Assembly (NCBI GenBank): GCA_963842085.1
Contig: CAWJET010000001.1
Coordinates: 1,664,001 to 1,728,000, forward strand
Source: an uncultured delta proteobacterium
Lineage (GTDB): Bacteria > Desulfobacterota > Binatia > Binatales > Binataceae
Direction of reading: 5' to 3'
Length of the DNA: 64,000 nt
Of this stretch, positions 63,648 to 64,000 are shown piece by piece (position 1 is the stretch's first letter; every line of letters begins with the position of its first letter). Both the position numbers and the translations under genes were made by a program. Below the pieces are notes generated by a model that was given only the letters and a program-made list of their open reading frames with translations, made no database searches and had not been told where the DNA came from.

Positions 63648-64000
63648 GTGGCGCAACAACAGAAAACTTCGGAGCTGGAGACGCCCTTTGCGGTCGAGCG
63701 GGCGCTTATCGGCGAGCATCCCGCGATCGTGAAACTGCGCGCATTGATCGAGCGCGTCGCGCCGACCGAGGTCACCGTGCTGATCACCGGCGAGAGCGGC
63801 ACCGGCAAGGAAGTGGTGGCGCATGCGATTCATACGCTGTCGCCGCGATGCCATCAGCCGTTCGTGCCGGTGAACTGCGCGGCGATTCCGCACGACCTGC
63901 TCGAGTCCGAGATGTTCGGCCATGAGCGGGGCGCATTCACGGGCGCCGCCGGCTCGCGTCACGGGCTGCTGACCACGGCCGATCGCGGCACGATCTTCCT
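63648..64000 (+). CDS. Sigma54 enhancer-binding protein without N-terminal regulatory domain, truncated by the window end
   Basis: LIGEHPAI...[12 protein letters not shown]...[24 protein letters not shown]. Confidence 0.9.
   Translation, partial: MAQQQKTSELETPFAVERALIGEHPAIVKLRALIERVAPTEVTVLITGESGTGKEVVAHAIHTLSPRCHQPFVPVNCAAIPHDLLESEMFGHERGAFTGAAGSRHGLLTTADRGTIF

Overview
GC-rich bacterial chromosomal window. The gene content (DUF1302 protein, several luciferase-like monooxygenases, REP-like repeats) suggests Candidatus Binatota or a Deltaproteobacteria-like lineage; this is inference only. Contents in order: a truncated DUF1302 gene; an NHL-type secreted protein; a perR/fur-katG unit followed by a decayed DUF3501 gene; desaturase and cfa; KirBac; lipid and CoA metabolism genes; a TolC/YtcA/MdtN/FUSC efflux set; an HMGCS-like-DUF35 fusion with a thiolase; an ABC-2 exporter; a complete kdpFABC operon with split KdpD and a sigma54 two-component pair; mug; a NitT/TauT-type ABC system; AddAB; a TlpA/ResA-like redoxin; and a PTPS-III-type enzyme. 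Main findings not visible in the ORF track: (1) two listed ORFs form one selenoprotein (WASW-U-GC with an adjacent SECIS-like hairpin); (2) a sigma54 promoter drives the kdp operon, which begins with an unknown CxxC gene and two overlapping micropeptides; (3) a ~160-nt rod-shaped, 6S-like structured RNA candidate with a terminator; (4) nested REP/MITE insertions with intact TIRs and a TSD; (5) an IS6-like end at the point where DUF3501 is cut off behind katG; (6) an in-frame deletion and a low-GC recoded patch in a TTC38-like gene.
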